From positions 1-27,281 of the forward strand of contig CAYVSF010000002.1 in the NCBI GenBank assembly GCA_964453775.1: DNA of 27,281 bases, given 5' to 3'. Both the position numbers and the translations under genes were made by a program. The notes beneath the pieces were generated by a model, which saw only the letters and a program-made list of their open reading frames with translations, ran no database searches and was not told the origin of the DNA. Each line of letters opens with the position of its first letter. The first letter of the stretch is position 1. Of this stretch, positions 9,101 to 16,221 are shown one piece after another. The DNA is from an uncultured Bacteroidales bacterium. GTDB lineage: Bacteria; Bacteroidota; Bacteroidia; Bacteroidales; UBA12077.

Positions 9101-9448
9101 TCCAGGCGTGTAAAAGTTAATGATAAAAGAGAATGGGTATTCGGCTTTAAGGACTGAGTAATAAGGGAAAACCGTTTTGTATAGCTGTTGGGAGTCATTT
9201 GCGGCGAATTGCTTTTTTATTTTAGGATTGGTAACAAAATAGTGGATCTTTTCCCGAAAGAGTTGATTGGTGGTGTACAATAGGTTTTTAATCTCCAATT
9301 GTACGATTTCACTGTTCTTTTGGATTTTCCAGTCACGAGCCTGCTTCTGACTTTTTAGGCCAATAAAAAAGTAGAGTGTTGACAATCCTAGCAGAACAAG
9401 CATTACAGCCAGAATTGTTTTGTTTCTTAGTTTCGTTTCAAAGTTCAT
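6161..9448 (-). CDS. Hybrid sensor histidine kinase/response regulator (TM-Cache-TM-PAS x3-HisKA-HATPase-REC)
   Basis: H box FLANLSHEIRTPLNAIIGF, N box NLVENAIKFT, G1 DSGIGI, G2 GIGIGLSI. Receiver motifs IAED, LMDIKMPVMDG, SKP. Three PAS-like repeats and two TM helices flanking a Cache-like periplasmic region. Confidence 0.93.
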   Translation of the reverse strand: MNFETKLRNKTILAVMLVLLGLSTLYFFIGLKSQKQARDWKIQKNSEIVQLEIKNLLYTTNQLFREKIHYFVTNPKIKKQFAANDSQQLYKTVFPYYSVLKAEYPFSFIINFYTPGNQLLLKTAKGPEQEVDAPPSRWVKEVNSTRQKLMGFGLENNELVYIITEPVFFNNEYIGCIEFGIHEKEILDYIHQEHEVSIASVFEKDALNNELQIKFNKGLLHQNKMYRPSVNSTLFPELLEKPISKDLPTGLTRIKDKVWYLNYLPVENIFTSQGFTGIYLAKDVSKLQNQYLIYIYKSLLIIFLILIAVFLILYFSFNSLLDKFFNLQNSLDARIAEKSKEIIDTNTELNQIFNTTGNSMRLITKDYTVLRVNRSFTNTSGISKEDAEGKKCYDVFPGPFCHTAECPINRIKNGEELVEQDIKKRNKAGKTIPGILTAVAFKGENGELLGVIEDYKDISQRIAIEEALKKSERQFSIFMDNLPLGIFIKDEDGKAIYLNKYMDTVFSKSDCMNKTPQEIFPSKYAKRVIKEDKQVLEGKVLVVEEDLPDKEGNAHTYMTHKFRFIGTDNKWKIGGVSLDITRRKETEYKLHILSNAIHHSPVSVAITNLEGNIEYVNPAFTEVTTYSAEEVEGEKISILRPEKLSDTLFNDIMEYVKTGEDWQGEFNNRKKTGELYWELTSISAVRNEKNEITHFVFISENISDRKKSEKELIVAKEKAEEADNLKSAFLANLSHEIRTPLNAIIGFSNLFMEENLPDDERKRIKNLVVENSNNLLKLIDDVIDISKIQNGEIAFHKTECELNALLQDIYNEFELKLQRNQNKKIGLSLHKGIKDKNFKVITDPSRLRQVVYNLVENAIKFTDKGFVEVGYSLLKDKNMLQFYVIDSGIGINKDKFGQIYEIFRQADDSSTREYGGIGIGLSIAKKIIKFMGGDIWVQSTPKEGTSIYFTIPLEINEPKFDETGIIPDDSYDWHNKVVLIAEDLDMNYVFIQEALSPTRAKVLWARDGKEAVEMCKKNENIDLVLMDIKMPVMDGFEATKEIKRFRNNIRVIGQTAYVHDNEEERCIKAGFDSYISKPIHIDQLLQTISKNLIIN

Positions 9449-9663
9449 GTTGTCGATTCAAAATCCCCTTAGATCTTTCCCTTCGGCTACAAATAAAATA
9501 ATTTTTTCACAACAAAAAAATTATTCGGGAACTCTCAAAAGAATTAGTATCTTTCGATAATGATATTATTATGCTCAAATCTAATGATTTTGAGCTAGAT
9601 AGATAAGAGAGTTAAATCAATACTTATTAACAAAAAGAAGTTTTACACGAAAAAATCTATATT

Positions 9664-10788
9664 ATGAACGTTAATAACTTTTATAAGACGCTGTTAGTGG
9701 TTGTTATAATGGTGCTTGCTGATTTAGGTGTCGCCCAGGAAAACAACTACGTTTTTGATGAAGACATCCGTTTGCCGACTACTTCAGTAAAAGACCAGGG
9801 GAGGACCGGAACCTGCTGGAGTCATGCCACACTTTCGTTTCTGGAATCGGAACTTATAAGAAAAGGGAAAGGCGAGTATGATCTTTCCGAGATGTATGTT
9901 GTTCGACATTCCTACAAATTACGTGCAATAGAATATGTTCGGTATCATGGTCATCTTAACTTTGGTCCGGGAGCAGAGGCCTGGGACGTTTTGAATGTAA
10001 TTAAAATATTTGGAATTGAACCCGAAAATGTCTATAACGGCATTCGAACTGAGGAAGCTTTTCACAATCATGCAGAAATGGATGCTGCATTGAAAGGGTT
10101 TATGAATGGTATTTTGGAAAACAAGAGAGGAACACTCAGTGATGTTTGGCCGGATGCTTTTGACGGCATTATGGATGCCTATCTTGGAGAAATTCCTGAA
10201 AATTTTGCCTATGCTGGAAGTCGGTATACTCCGGAAAAATTTAGGAATATGCTTGATATTAATACAGATAATTACCAGGCTGTAACTTCATTTACCCATA
10301 AACCTTTTTACAAGGAATATGTATTTGAATCGCCTGATAATTGGTCGAACGGATTGATTTACAATGTTCCCCTGAAGGATTTTATTGCAGCTATTGATCG
10401 TTCATTGGAGCAGGGATATACGGTAGCCTGGGCCAGTGATGTAAGTGATCCGGGATTTAAGCATGATAAAGGACTGGCAATTGCACCGCAGCAGGGATGG
10501 GAAGAGATGACAGACGAGCAAAAAAGGGCTGCTTTTTATGCTCCGGTGAAACAAGCCCAAATTAGTCCGGATAGAAGACAAAAAGAGTATGATAATTATG
10601 CTACAACAGATGATCATCTGATGCATATTATTGGCAGGGCTTATGATCAGGAGGGGACAAAGTATTATATTGTTAAAAATAGCTGGGGAACGAATAATCC
10701 ATACAAGGGCTATTTATATGTCTCTGAAGCTTATGTAAGATTAAAAACCATGTCTGTTTTGGTTCATAAAAATGCTCTAAATCGTTAA
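9664..10788 (+). CDS. Exported C1B cysteine aminopeptidase (PepC/bleomycin hydrolase family)
   Basis: Catalytic motifs DQGRTGTCWS (Gln/Cys), DDHLMHIIG (His) and VKNSWG (Asn). Signal peptide ends in VA-Q. Confidence 0.9.
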   Translation: MNVNNFYKTLLVVVIMVLADLGVAQENNYVFDEDIRLPTTSVKDQGRTGTCWSHATLSFLESELIRKGKGEYDLSEMYVVRHSYKLRAIEYVRYHGHLNFGPGAEAWDVLNVIKIFGIEPENVYNGIRTEEAFHNHAEMDAALKGFMNGILENKRGTLSDVWPDAFDGIMDAYLGEIPENFAYAGSRYTPEKFRNMLDINTDNYQAVTSFTHKPFYKEYVFESPDNWSNGLIYNVPLKDFIAAIDRSLEQGYTVAWASDVSDPGFKHDKGLAIAPQQGWEEMTDEQKRAAFYAPVKQAQISPDRRQKEYDNYATTDDHLMHIIGRAYDQEGTKYYIVKNSWGTNNPYKGYLYVSEAYVRLKTMSVLVHKNALNR

Positions 10789-10793
10789 AAACC

Positions 10794-11672
10794 ATGCAAA
10801 AAGAGTTAACTTTAGCACAGGAAAAGGATATTTTGCAATTTCAAAAAAATGAGATTACAGAATATTATATCTATGAGCGCCTGGCAAAGCAAATTAAAGA
10901 TGCGGATAATTCAGGCCTGTTAAAAAGGATTGCTGATGATGAGAAGCGACATTATTATTTTTGGAAAAAGTATTCCGGAAAAGAAGTAAAACCAAATAAA
11001 TGGAAGATATTTAAATATTACTGGATAGCGCGTATACTGGGTCTTACTTTTGGAATTAAGTTAATGGAAAAAGGAGAGGATAAAGCACAGGATGCTTATG
11101 AAAAGGCCTGTGAATATATTCCGGAAGCGCGGGAAATTGTGAAAGATGAAGATCAGCATGAGCAGGAGTTAATTGGCCTTATAAAAGAAAAGAAACTGGA
11201 TTATGTGGGATCTATTGTTCTTGGGCTGAATGATGCTTTGGTAGAATTAACAGGTGCTTTGGCCGGATTAACACTGGCTTTGCAAAACACACGCTTAATT
11301 GCAGTTGCAGGCCTAATCACAGGTATTGCTGCTTCCTTCTCCATGGGTGCCTCGGAGTACCTTTCCCAAAAATCCGAAGGGAATCATGTCAATGCACTTG
11401 CTTCTTCCATTTACACCGGAGTGGCTTATATCGTGACAGTTCTCATTTTAATTGCACCGTATCTTATTTTTGATAACTATTATGTTTGCCTGGGATTCAC
11501 ACTGTTTTTTGCGGTATTTATTATTTTTCTTTTCAATTATTATATTTCAGTTGCAAAAGACTATAATTTTAAGAAACGCTTCCTGGAAATGGCTGTTCTA
11601 AGTTTGGGCGTAGCAGCTCTTACTTTTGGCATCAGCTATTTTATCAGGATGTTCCTGGGGGTTGATATTTAA
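10794..11672 (+). CDS. Ferritin-like (rubrerythrin/erythrin) domain fused to VIT1/CCC1 transporter (MbfA-like)
   Basis: Di-iron-type ligands E..E, DEKRH, EKGE and DEDQH, followed by VIT1 motifs VLGLNDALVELTG and ASFSMGASEYLS and further TM helices. Confidence 0.88.
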   Translation: MQKELTLAQEKDILQFQKNEITEYYIYERLAKQIKDADNSGLLKRIADDEKRHYYFWKKYSGKEVKPNKWKIFKYYWIARILGLTFGIKLMEKGEDKAQDAYEKACEYIPEAREIVKDEDQHEQELIGLIKEKKLDYVGSIVLGLNDALVELTGALAGLTLALQNTRLIAVAGLITGIAASFSMGASEYLSQKSEGNHVNALASSIYTGVAYIVTVLILIAPYLIFDNYYVCLGFTLFFAVFIIFLFNYYISVAKDYNFKKRFLEMAVLSLGVAALTFGISYFIRMFLGVDI

Positions 11673-11692
11673 TGCACTATAATTTATAAAAG

Positions 11693-11721
11693 AAAGAGCC
11701 AAGGTTTTTTGTTGGCTCTTT
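11693..11721. terminator. Probably bidirectional terminator between the convergent VIT1 and T9SS-cargo genes
   Basis: Perfect 10-bp stem AAAGAGCCAA (11693-11702) / TTGGCTCTTT (11712-11721) with A- and T-rich flanks. Confidence 0.8.
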
Positions 11722-11724
11722 TAT

Positions 11725-12747
11725 TTACAGCTTTAAAAAGTGTTGAGTGTATTTTTGTTTTCCGGAATAAATGATAAGGTTATAGGTGCCTTGGGGAAGG
11801 TTTATTTCTTCTGTATCTATTGGAATGGAATGGAAGCCTTTTGCCTTATTTTTTAATACGTCCTGGTGCAAACGCGTCCCTTGCATATCATAAATTTCAA
11901 TGCGAATTGTTCCGGGAGTAGTTATTTCTAAATCAACAGAAAACCTGTCCTCTGCAGGGTTCGGGTACAGCTTGATATTTCCTTTATTAACACCGGCCAG
12001 TTCTGTGCGCTGACTGTTCGTGTTTTTATCAATTTTCCCTGAATACCAGGCTGTTTTAACAGCATAGCTTTTTTGATTGTTTTTAAATTCGATAATACTA
12101 AGCAGAGGATAGCGCAATGAAGAACCATACCATTTATAGCTTACTACAATTGAGGGCGTGCTTGAATTATTGTAATACTGGGTTCTGGTGGTCTTTATTC
12201 GAAGTACGTTTTCTATTTTTCTGTTGCCCGGCAGAATGAGTGTTCCATAAGCGTCACCTTCCAGTTCGTAGGTTCCTTTAATGGTTGTAGAATTGGTTTT
12301 ATTGATGACAGAACCTGAATAATCTCCAGAATAATAATCCCCGAAATTAAAAGGGAAAACCATTTTTATGAAGGCTTTGTCATATGAAATAAGACTTCCA
12401 TTTGCAGTAAGTGTTCCATATTGTTTCATCATGTAATTGCTTACCCGGAAGTAGAAATGATTGCCAAATTCTTCCAGAACTGTATTACATTGAGGAAAGT
12501 TTACTGCTTCTTTACCCTTTAAAATGGGGAACATATGACTGGTTAACTGCCCGTTTTTCTCCAGATCGGAAAAATCCCAGGTTTGATTGGGTCCAGCCGG
12601 TCCGGGCATTGCTTTGCTACTCATATGAAAATTGTGCTGATCGCCATTCCGTAGAGCATGGCTTGTTTTCTCAAGGCGTATTTGTGCATGTAATTGGAAA
12701 ATGCAAAGAAAGCCAATAAGGAAGCTTAAATAAATTTTTTTCATCAT
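11725..12747 (-). CDS. T9SS type A sorting domain (CTD) protein of unknown function
   Basis: Start moved from 12855 to 12747, which gives the signal peptide MMKKIYLSFLIGFLCIFQLHA-Q. The C-terminal LYPNPA...IYDMQG...GTYNLII...QHFLKL is a Por secretion CTD. Confidence 0.85.
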   Translation of the reverse strand: MMKKIYLSFLIGFLCIFQLHAQIRLEKTSHALRNGDQHNFHMSSKAMPGPAGPNQTWDFSDLEKNGQLTSHMFPILKGKEAVNFPQCNTVLEEFGNHFYFRVSNYMMKQYGTLTANGSLISYDKAFIKMVFPFNFGDYYSGDYSGSVINKTNSTTIKGTYELEGDAYGTLILPGNRKIENVLRIKTTRTQYYNNSSTPSIVVSYKWYGSSLRYPLLSIIEFKNNQKSYAVKTAWYSGKIDKNTNSQRTELAGVNKGNIKLYPNPAEDRFSVDLEITTPGTIRIEIYDMQGTRLHQDVLKNKAKGFHSIPIDTEEINLPQGTYNLIIYSGKQKYTQHFLKL

Positions 12748-12891
12748 AGCTTTGTATTTTGAATGTTCGTGTTTTGGGTTCCGGGAAAAGACATCAACTT
12801 GTTGTGAAAAGAGATATAATTTCTCAAAAAGCAAAATATGAAAAATTTCGTACATTTAAAAGACGAATGTTGAATACCTTTACTAATTGAT

Positions 12892-13272
12892 ATGAAAATG
12901 AGTAAGAAGATCCTGTACTATCTATTCGTTTTGGTATTGTTGGTGTTGTTTGGTGGTTTTATTCTTGTCTATAAGGGACAGGGGGCTGCATGGTTGCGGA
13001 ATTCAGTGGGAGGTACAGTTTATGTAGCTTTTGGGGTGGTGTTGTTCACCTTTTTTTTACGAAAACACAGGTTAAAGACGGCAATTGCTGTCCTGCTTGT
13101 CACATGTGGATTAGAATTTTTGCAGTTGATAAAGAGTCCTTTTTTAACCGGCCTGCGATCTACTTTTATAGGAGCTGTCTTGCTGGGCAACAGCTTTAAT
13201 CCCGAAGATTTTTACTATTATAGTGCAGGGGCAATTTTGGGCTATTTCATTGTGCGCGGAATAGAAAAGTAA
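12892..13272 (+). CDS. DUF2809-like membrane protein
   Basis: Small hydrophobic protein with GGTVY, LEFLQL...LRSTFIGAVLLGNSFNPED, recognised from memory as the DUF2809 pattern. Confidence 0.7.
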   Translation: MKMSKKILYYLFVLVLLVLFGGFILVYKGQGAAWLRNSVGGTVYVAFGVVLFTFFLRKHRLKTAIAVLLVTCGLEFLQLIKSPFLTGLRSTFIGAVLLGNSFNPEDFYYYSAGAILGYFIVRGIEK

Positions 13273-13276
13273 AAAT

Positions 13277-13297
13277 CGTCCCCTAAACCGTCCCCTA
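13277..13297. repeat. 9-bp direct repeat CGTCCCCTA x2 (12-bp period) just downstream of tRNA-Gln
   Basis: CGTCCCCTA-AAC-CGTCCCCTA at 13277-13285 and 13289-13297. Confidence 0.7.
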
Positions 13298-13300
13298 CTA

Positions 13301-13339
13301 AAAAAACAAGCCCCGCTAAAACATTGTTTAGCAGGGCTT
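13301..13339 (-). terminator. Intrinsic terminator after tRNA-Gln
   Basis: Minus strand AAGCCCTGCTAAA-CAATGT-TTTAGCGGGGCTT (13-bp stem with one U-G wobble) followed by G and a T-run. Confidence 0.8.
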
Positions 13340-13352
13340 TTGTGTTGGTGAT

Positions 13353-13426
13353 TGGCTGTCCGACTAGGATTCGAACCTAGACTGTATGGACCAAAACCAT
13401 AAGTGCTGCCATTACACCATCGGACA
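13353..13426 (-). tRNA. tRNA-Gln (anticodon TTG), CCA encoded
   Basis: TGTCCGA TG GTGTAATGGCAGCAC T TATGG-TTTTGGT-CCATA CAGT CTAGG-TTCGAAT-CCTAG TCGGACA G CCA folds into a full cloverleaf. U1-A72 and G73 are typical of tRNA-Gln. Confidence 0.97.
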
Positions 13427-13443
13427 ATTCCATAATTCGTGTG

Positions 13444-13451
13444 CAAATTTA
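13444..13451 (-). promoter_or_regulatory. -7 promoter element for tRNA-Gln
   Basis: TAAATTTG on the minus strand, 17 bp upstream of the mature tRNA 5' end. Confidence 0.65.
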
Positions 13452-13502
13452 TAAAAAAAATATTGCCCGCAAATAAATTTCACTTTTTATTTAAAAAAAA
13501 TG

Positions 13503-15062
13503 TTACTTCTCAGCTTCTTCCGCCATGACACCCTCTTCGGTCATCACCAGGGAATTGTCGTAAATCGATGAAAATGAAGTGTTAGAATTTCTTCGCATGT
13601 AATTGATGAGTTCCTTCATGCTTTTGTCCACATATATTTTTTGATTTTCGGGGATGTAAACTCTGATGGTTACTTCTGGCATCTTCCATTTTATGTCCCT
13701 GTCCAGGTAATAGTAAGGGTCAAAGATGATGAGGCTGTCCTTTACGACCAGCTGATATTGAATGGCCTCCAGGGTTTTTGTTGCCTCCACTGAAGTTGCC
13801 CCTCTACCCCCTTTTTCAATTTCGATATGGGTATTTTCATTATCACCCGGATAGATATAAACCCTTGGATGCTGGTATACATTATTCTCCATGTCTAATT
13901 TTAGATCCAACTCTTCATCAAAGAGATATAGGGTGCTCATGTCATCCAACTCTGTTTCGGCTGTTTTTAAATACAAGCTTTGATCTTTTTCAATATTTAC
14001 ATCCATTTTTTCTTTGTCACCGGCTTTAATCATATAATCTTTCGCCTCAATAAAGATAGTAGCTGCAAGAATCAGAAGACTAAAAATCCAGGCGATAAGG
14101 CCAACAATCGCAAGTGCCCGGTCGTTTGATTTAAAGTTAAGCACCAGTTTTAATCCGCCATAGAGAATAGCAACAACAGGAATAAGTACCACGAAAACAG
14201 CACTTACAGGAATAATAACAGCACTATACGGATTCACAAAAAGTTCAAAAATTCCAGGGGATAAGATTTCCCCGGATGAAAAGAAGTGAGTTGCCGTGAA
14301 GGGTTCGCTAAACACAAATAAACCCGTAAAGGTGATAAGCATACCTAAGCCTGAAATAATCAGTGCTATACCTAGAATGACTAGAATAAACTTGACAAAA
14401 AACTTAAGGACTTCACCCACCCCCTGGAAAAAACGATAAAAGAAATCATTGGCCTGTTTTACTTCCGTACTGTCTTTAAGCTTCGATAGATTTTGTTTTA
14501 CTTCCCGGTATTCTTTTTTCACATTATTCTGAATATCAGATATATGGTTTGCTTTTCCCTTCATCTGCATTTTTTCTTTGCTACTGATAGCAGGGGGAAT
14601 AAATATCCATAAAATCAGGTAAATAATTGCTGCTGAAAAATAGAGAAAGGTAAACAGGATAAAAAGAAAGCGAATAATGCCCACTTCTAAATTCAGGTAG
14701 TGAGACAGTCCGGAACAAACGCCGCCAAAGATGCGTGTTTCTGTATCTCGGAACAGCTTTTTGTTATGTTTTTCTTCATTCGTATCGTCCTCCTCATATT
14801 CTTCCGAAATTTCTCCGGGTTTTCCCATTGTTTCAATTATTTTTTCGATATCTTCAAGGCTTACAACTTGTTTTTTTTCTGATATTTTGGTTTCCATCCA
14901 TTCGGCTATCCTGTTTTCAATGTCCTGGATGATTTCATCTGAAGCTTCCTCCTTTGAAAAATATTCAGAAAGTTGCCCCAAATATTGGTTCAGCTTTTCA
15001 TACGCATCTTCATCAATATGAAAAACCTGGCCACCGATGTTCATTTTGATTGTTTTCTTCAT
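13503..15062 (-). CDS. Long PspC domain protein (N-terminal HAAS-like helical domain, PspC, multi-TM, extracytoplasmic C-terminal domain)
   Basis: Start moved to 15062 (MKKTIKMNIGG...) because the ORF-track extension overlaps padR. PspC motif KLFRDTETRIFGGVCSGL...IYLILWIFIP. Confidence 0.87.
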   Translation of the reverse strand: MKKTIKMNIGGQVFHIDEDAYEKLNQYLGQLSEYFSKEEASDEIIQDIENRIAEWMETKISEKKQVVSLEDIEKIIETMGKPGEISEEYEEDDTNEEKHNKKLFRDTETRIFGGVCSGLSHYLNLEVGIIRFLFILFTFLYFSAAIIYLILWIFIPPAISSKEKMQMKGKANHISDIQNNVKKEYREVKQNLSKLKDSTEVKQANDFFYRFFQGVGEVLKFFVKFILVILGIALIISGLGMLITFTGLFVFSEPFTATHFFSSGEILSPGIFELFVNPYSAVIIPVSAVFVVLIPVVAILYGGLKLVLNFKSNDRALAIVGLIAWIFSLLILAATIFIEAKDYMIKAGDKEKMDVNIEKDQSLYLKTAETELDDMSTLYLFDEELDLKLDMENNVYQHPRVYIYPGDNENTHIEIEKGGRGATSVEATKTLEAIQYQLVVKDSLIIFDPYYYLDRDIKWKMPEVTIRVYIPENQKIYVDKSMKELINYMRRNSNTSFSSIYDNSLVMTEEGVMAEEAEK

Positions 15063-15099
15063 TATATCCGGATTTTTAATCAGTGATTCGCTGATTGAT

Positions 15100-15441
15100 T
15101 TACTGTTTTTTGCTTTGGTTTTCCTGAATGCTATTAACTGCATGCACCAGCTCTTCCCATGATTTATCCAATTCCTGCAGAAACTCACCTCCCTTTTCCG
15201 TTAAACTGTAGTATTTTCTTGGAGGGCCTTGGGTTGATTCTTCCCAGCGGTATTTTAACAGTCCGGCGTTTTTTTGTCTGGTAAGCAAAGGATAAAGTGT
15301 GCCTTCCACAACAATTAGTCGGGCTTCTTTAAGCTTGTTGATAATATCGGAGGCATAGTAGTCTTGGTGCTTAAGCAGTCCTAAAATGCAGTATTCCAGG
15401 ATTCCTTTTTTCATTTGTGCTTTCGTATTTTCTGGATTCAT
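15100..15441 (-). CDS. PadR family transcriptional regulator
   Basis: AQMKKGILEYCIL...YASDII..L...VEGTLYPLLTR...WEESTQGPPRKYYSLT.KG is the canonical Bacteroidota PadR pattern. Confidence 0.93.
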   Translation of the reverse strand: MNPENTKAQMKKGILEYCILGLLKHQDYYASDIINKLKEARLIVVEGTLYPLLTRQKNAGLLKYRWEESTQGPPRKYYSLTEKGGEFLQELDKSWEELVHAVNSIQENQSKKQ

Positions 15442-15458
15442 AGTGCTTGCTTGATTCG

Positions 15459-16058
15459 TTAGAAATTCATTTTTTTTCTCACATCCTCAAATTCATTCTT
15501 AATGGATTTAACGATATTGTCAATGTTTACCGGTTCTCCTTGCATTTCAAGTTTTTGGGCGGTAGTTGTTGCTTCCGGAATTACCATCCAAAGAATAAGA
15601 TAGAGAATCAACCCTGTACCCATGAATAAGATGAGCAAGGCAAATAGTATTCTAAAAACCAATGGGTCGGTTTTAAAATAGGCACCTAAACCGGCACACA
15701 CACCTCCAAAAATCCTTCTTTCCGTATCCCGGTAAAGTCTTTTACTGGCCTGTTTCTGCTTTTTTTGCTTTCCCCGATCAGTGTTTTCCTCCTCTTCGGG
15801 TGCAAAATCCTCAGGTTCACCTAAAATTTTCATTACAGCTTTGATGTCTTCTATTGTAATTACTTGTTTCTGATGATCCACCCTTTCCAAAAATAGTTCT
15901 GCTATCCTGCTTTCAATATCGGCCATTATTTCTTTCTTTTCGGTTTCATTGATGAATTCTTTTTCAATGGAACCCAGATAAGCCTGCAACATTTCAAAAG
16001 CAGATAAATCGGTATCGAAAACCATTCCACCAAGATTTACAGATATTGCTTTCTCCAT
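15459..16058 (-). CDS. Short PspC domain protein (HAAS-like + PspC)
   Basis: ATG at 16058 (the ORF track uses TTG at 16067). Contains RLYRDTERRIFGGVCAGL...LYLILWMVIP and is collinear with the N-terminus of the long paralog. Confidence 0.87.
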   Translation of the reverse strand: MEKAISVNLGGMVFDTDLSAFEMLQAYLGSIEKEFINETEKKEIMADIESRIAELFLERVDHQKQVITIEDIKAVMKILGEPEDFAPEEEENTDRGKQKKQKQASKRLYRDTERRIFGGVCAGLGAYFKTDPLVFRILFALLILFMGTGLILYLILWMVIPEATTTAQKLEMQGEPVNIDNIVKSIKNEFEDVRKKMNF

Positions 16059-16088
16059 AATAATCAATTTATATAATACTTATTAATG

Positions 16089-16096
16089 CAAAGATA
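16089..16096 (-). promoter_or_regulatory. -7 promoter element of the pspC-padR-pspC operon
   Basis: TATCTTTG on the minus strand, about 30 bp upstream of the ATG at 16058. Confidence 0.65.
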
Positions 16097-16106
16097 TATA
16101 AAAATA

Positions 16107-16133
16107 ATAGTACTATGCAATACAAGGTAGTAT
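16107..16133. promoter_or_regulatory. Candidate PadR operator (imperfect palindrome)
   Basis: ATA-G-TAC-TA-TG-CAATA-CA-AG-GTA-G-TAT overlaps the expected -33 region of the operon promoter. Confidence 0.5.
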
Positions 16134-16197
16134 GTTTTTTATATATTTTTTTCTATCCCCCGAATAATAGAGCTTTAAAGCGAGAAGATTTTTTATG

Positions 16198-16205
16198 TAC
16201 CTTTG
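16198..16205 (+). promoter_or_regulatory. -7 promoter element for the DUF2797 gene
   Basis: TACCTTTG, 16 bp upstream of the ATG at 16222. Confidence 0.55.
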
Positions 16206-16221
16206 GGTAAAATCTTAAATT

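Noticed and set aside
13144-13446. 100-aa minus-strand ORF across tRNA-Gln
   Set aside because: It is a translation of the tRNA and its terminator, not a protein.
15063-15188. N-terminal extension of the long PspC ORF
   Set aside because: It overlaps padR. Alignment with the short paralog places the start at 15062.
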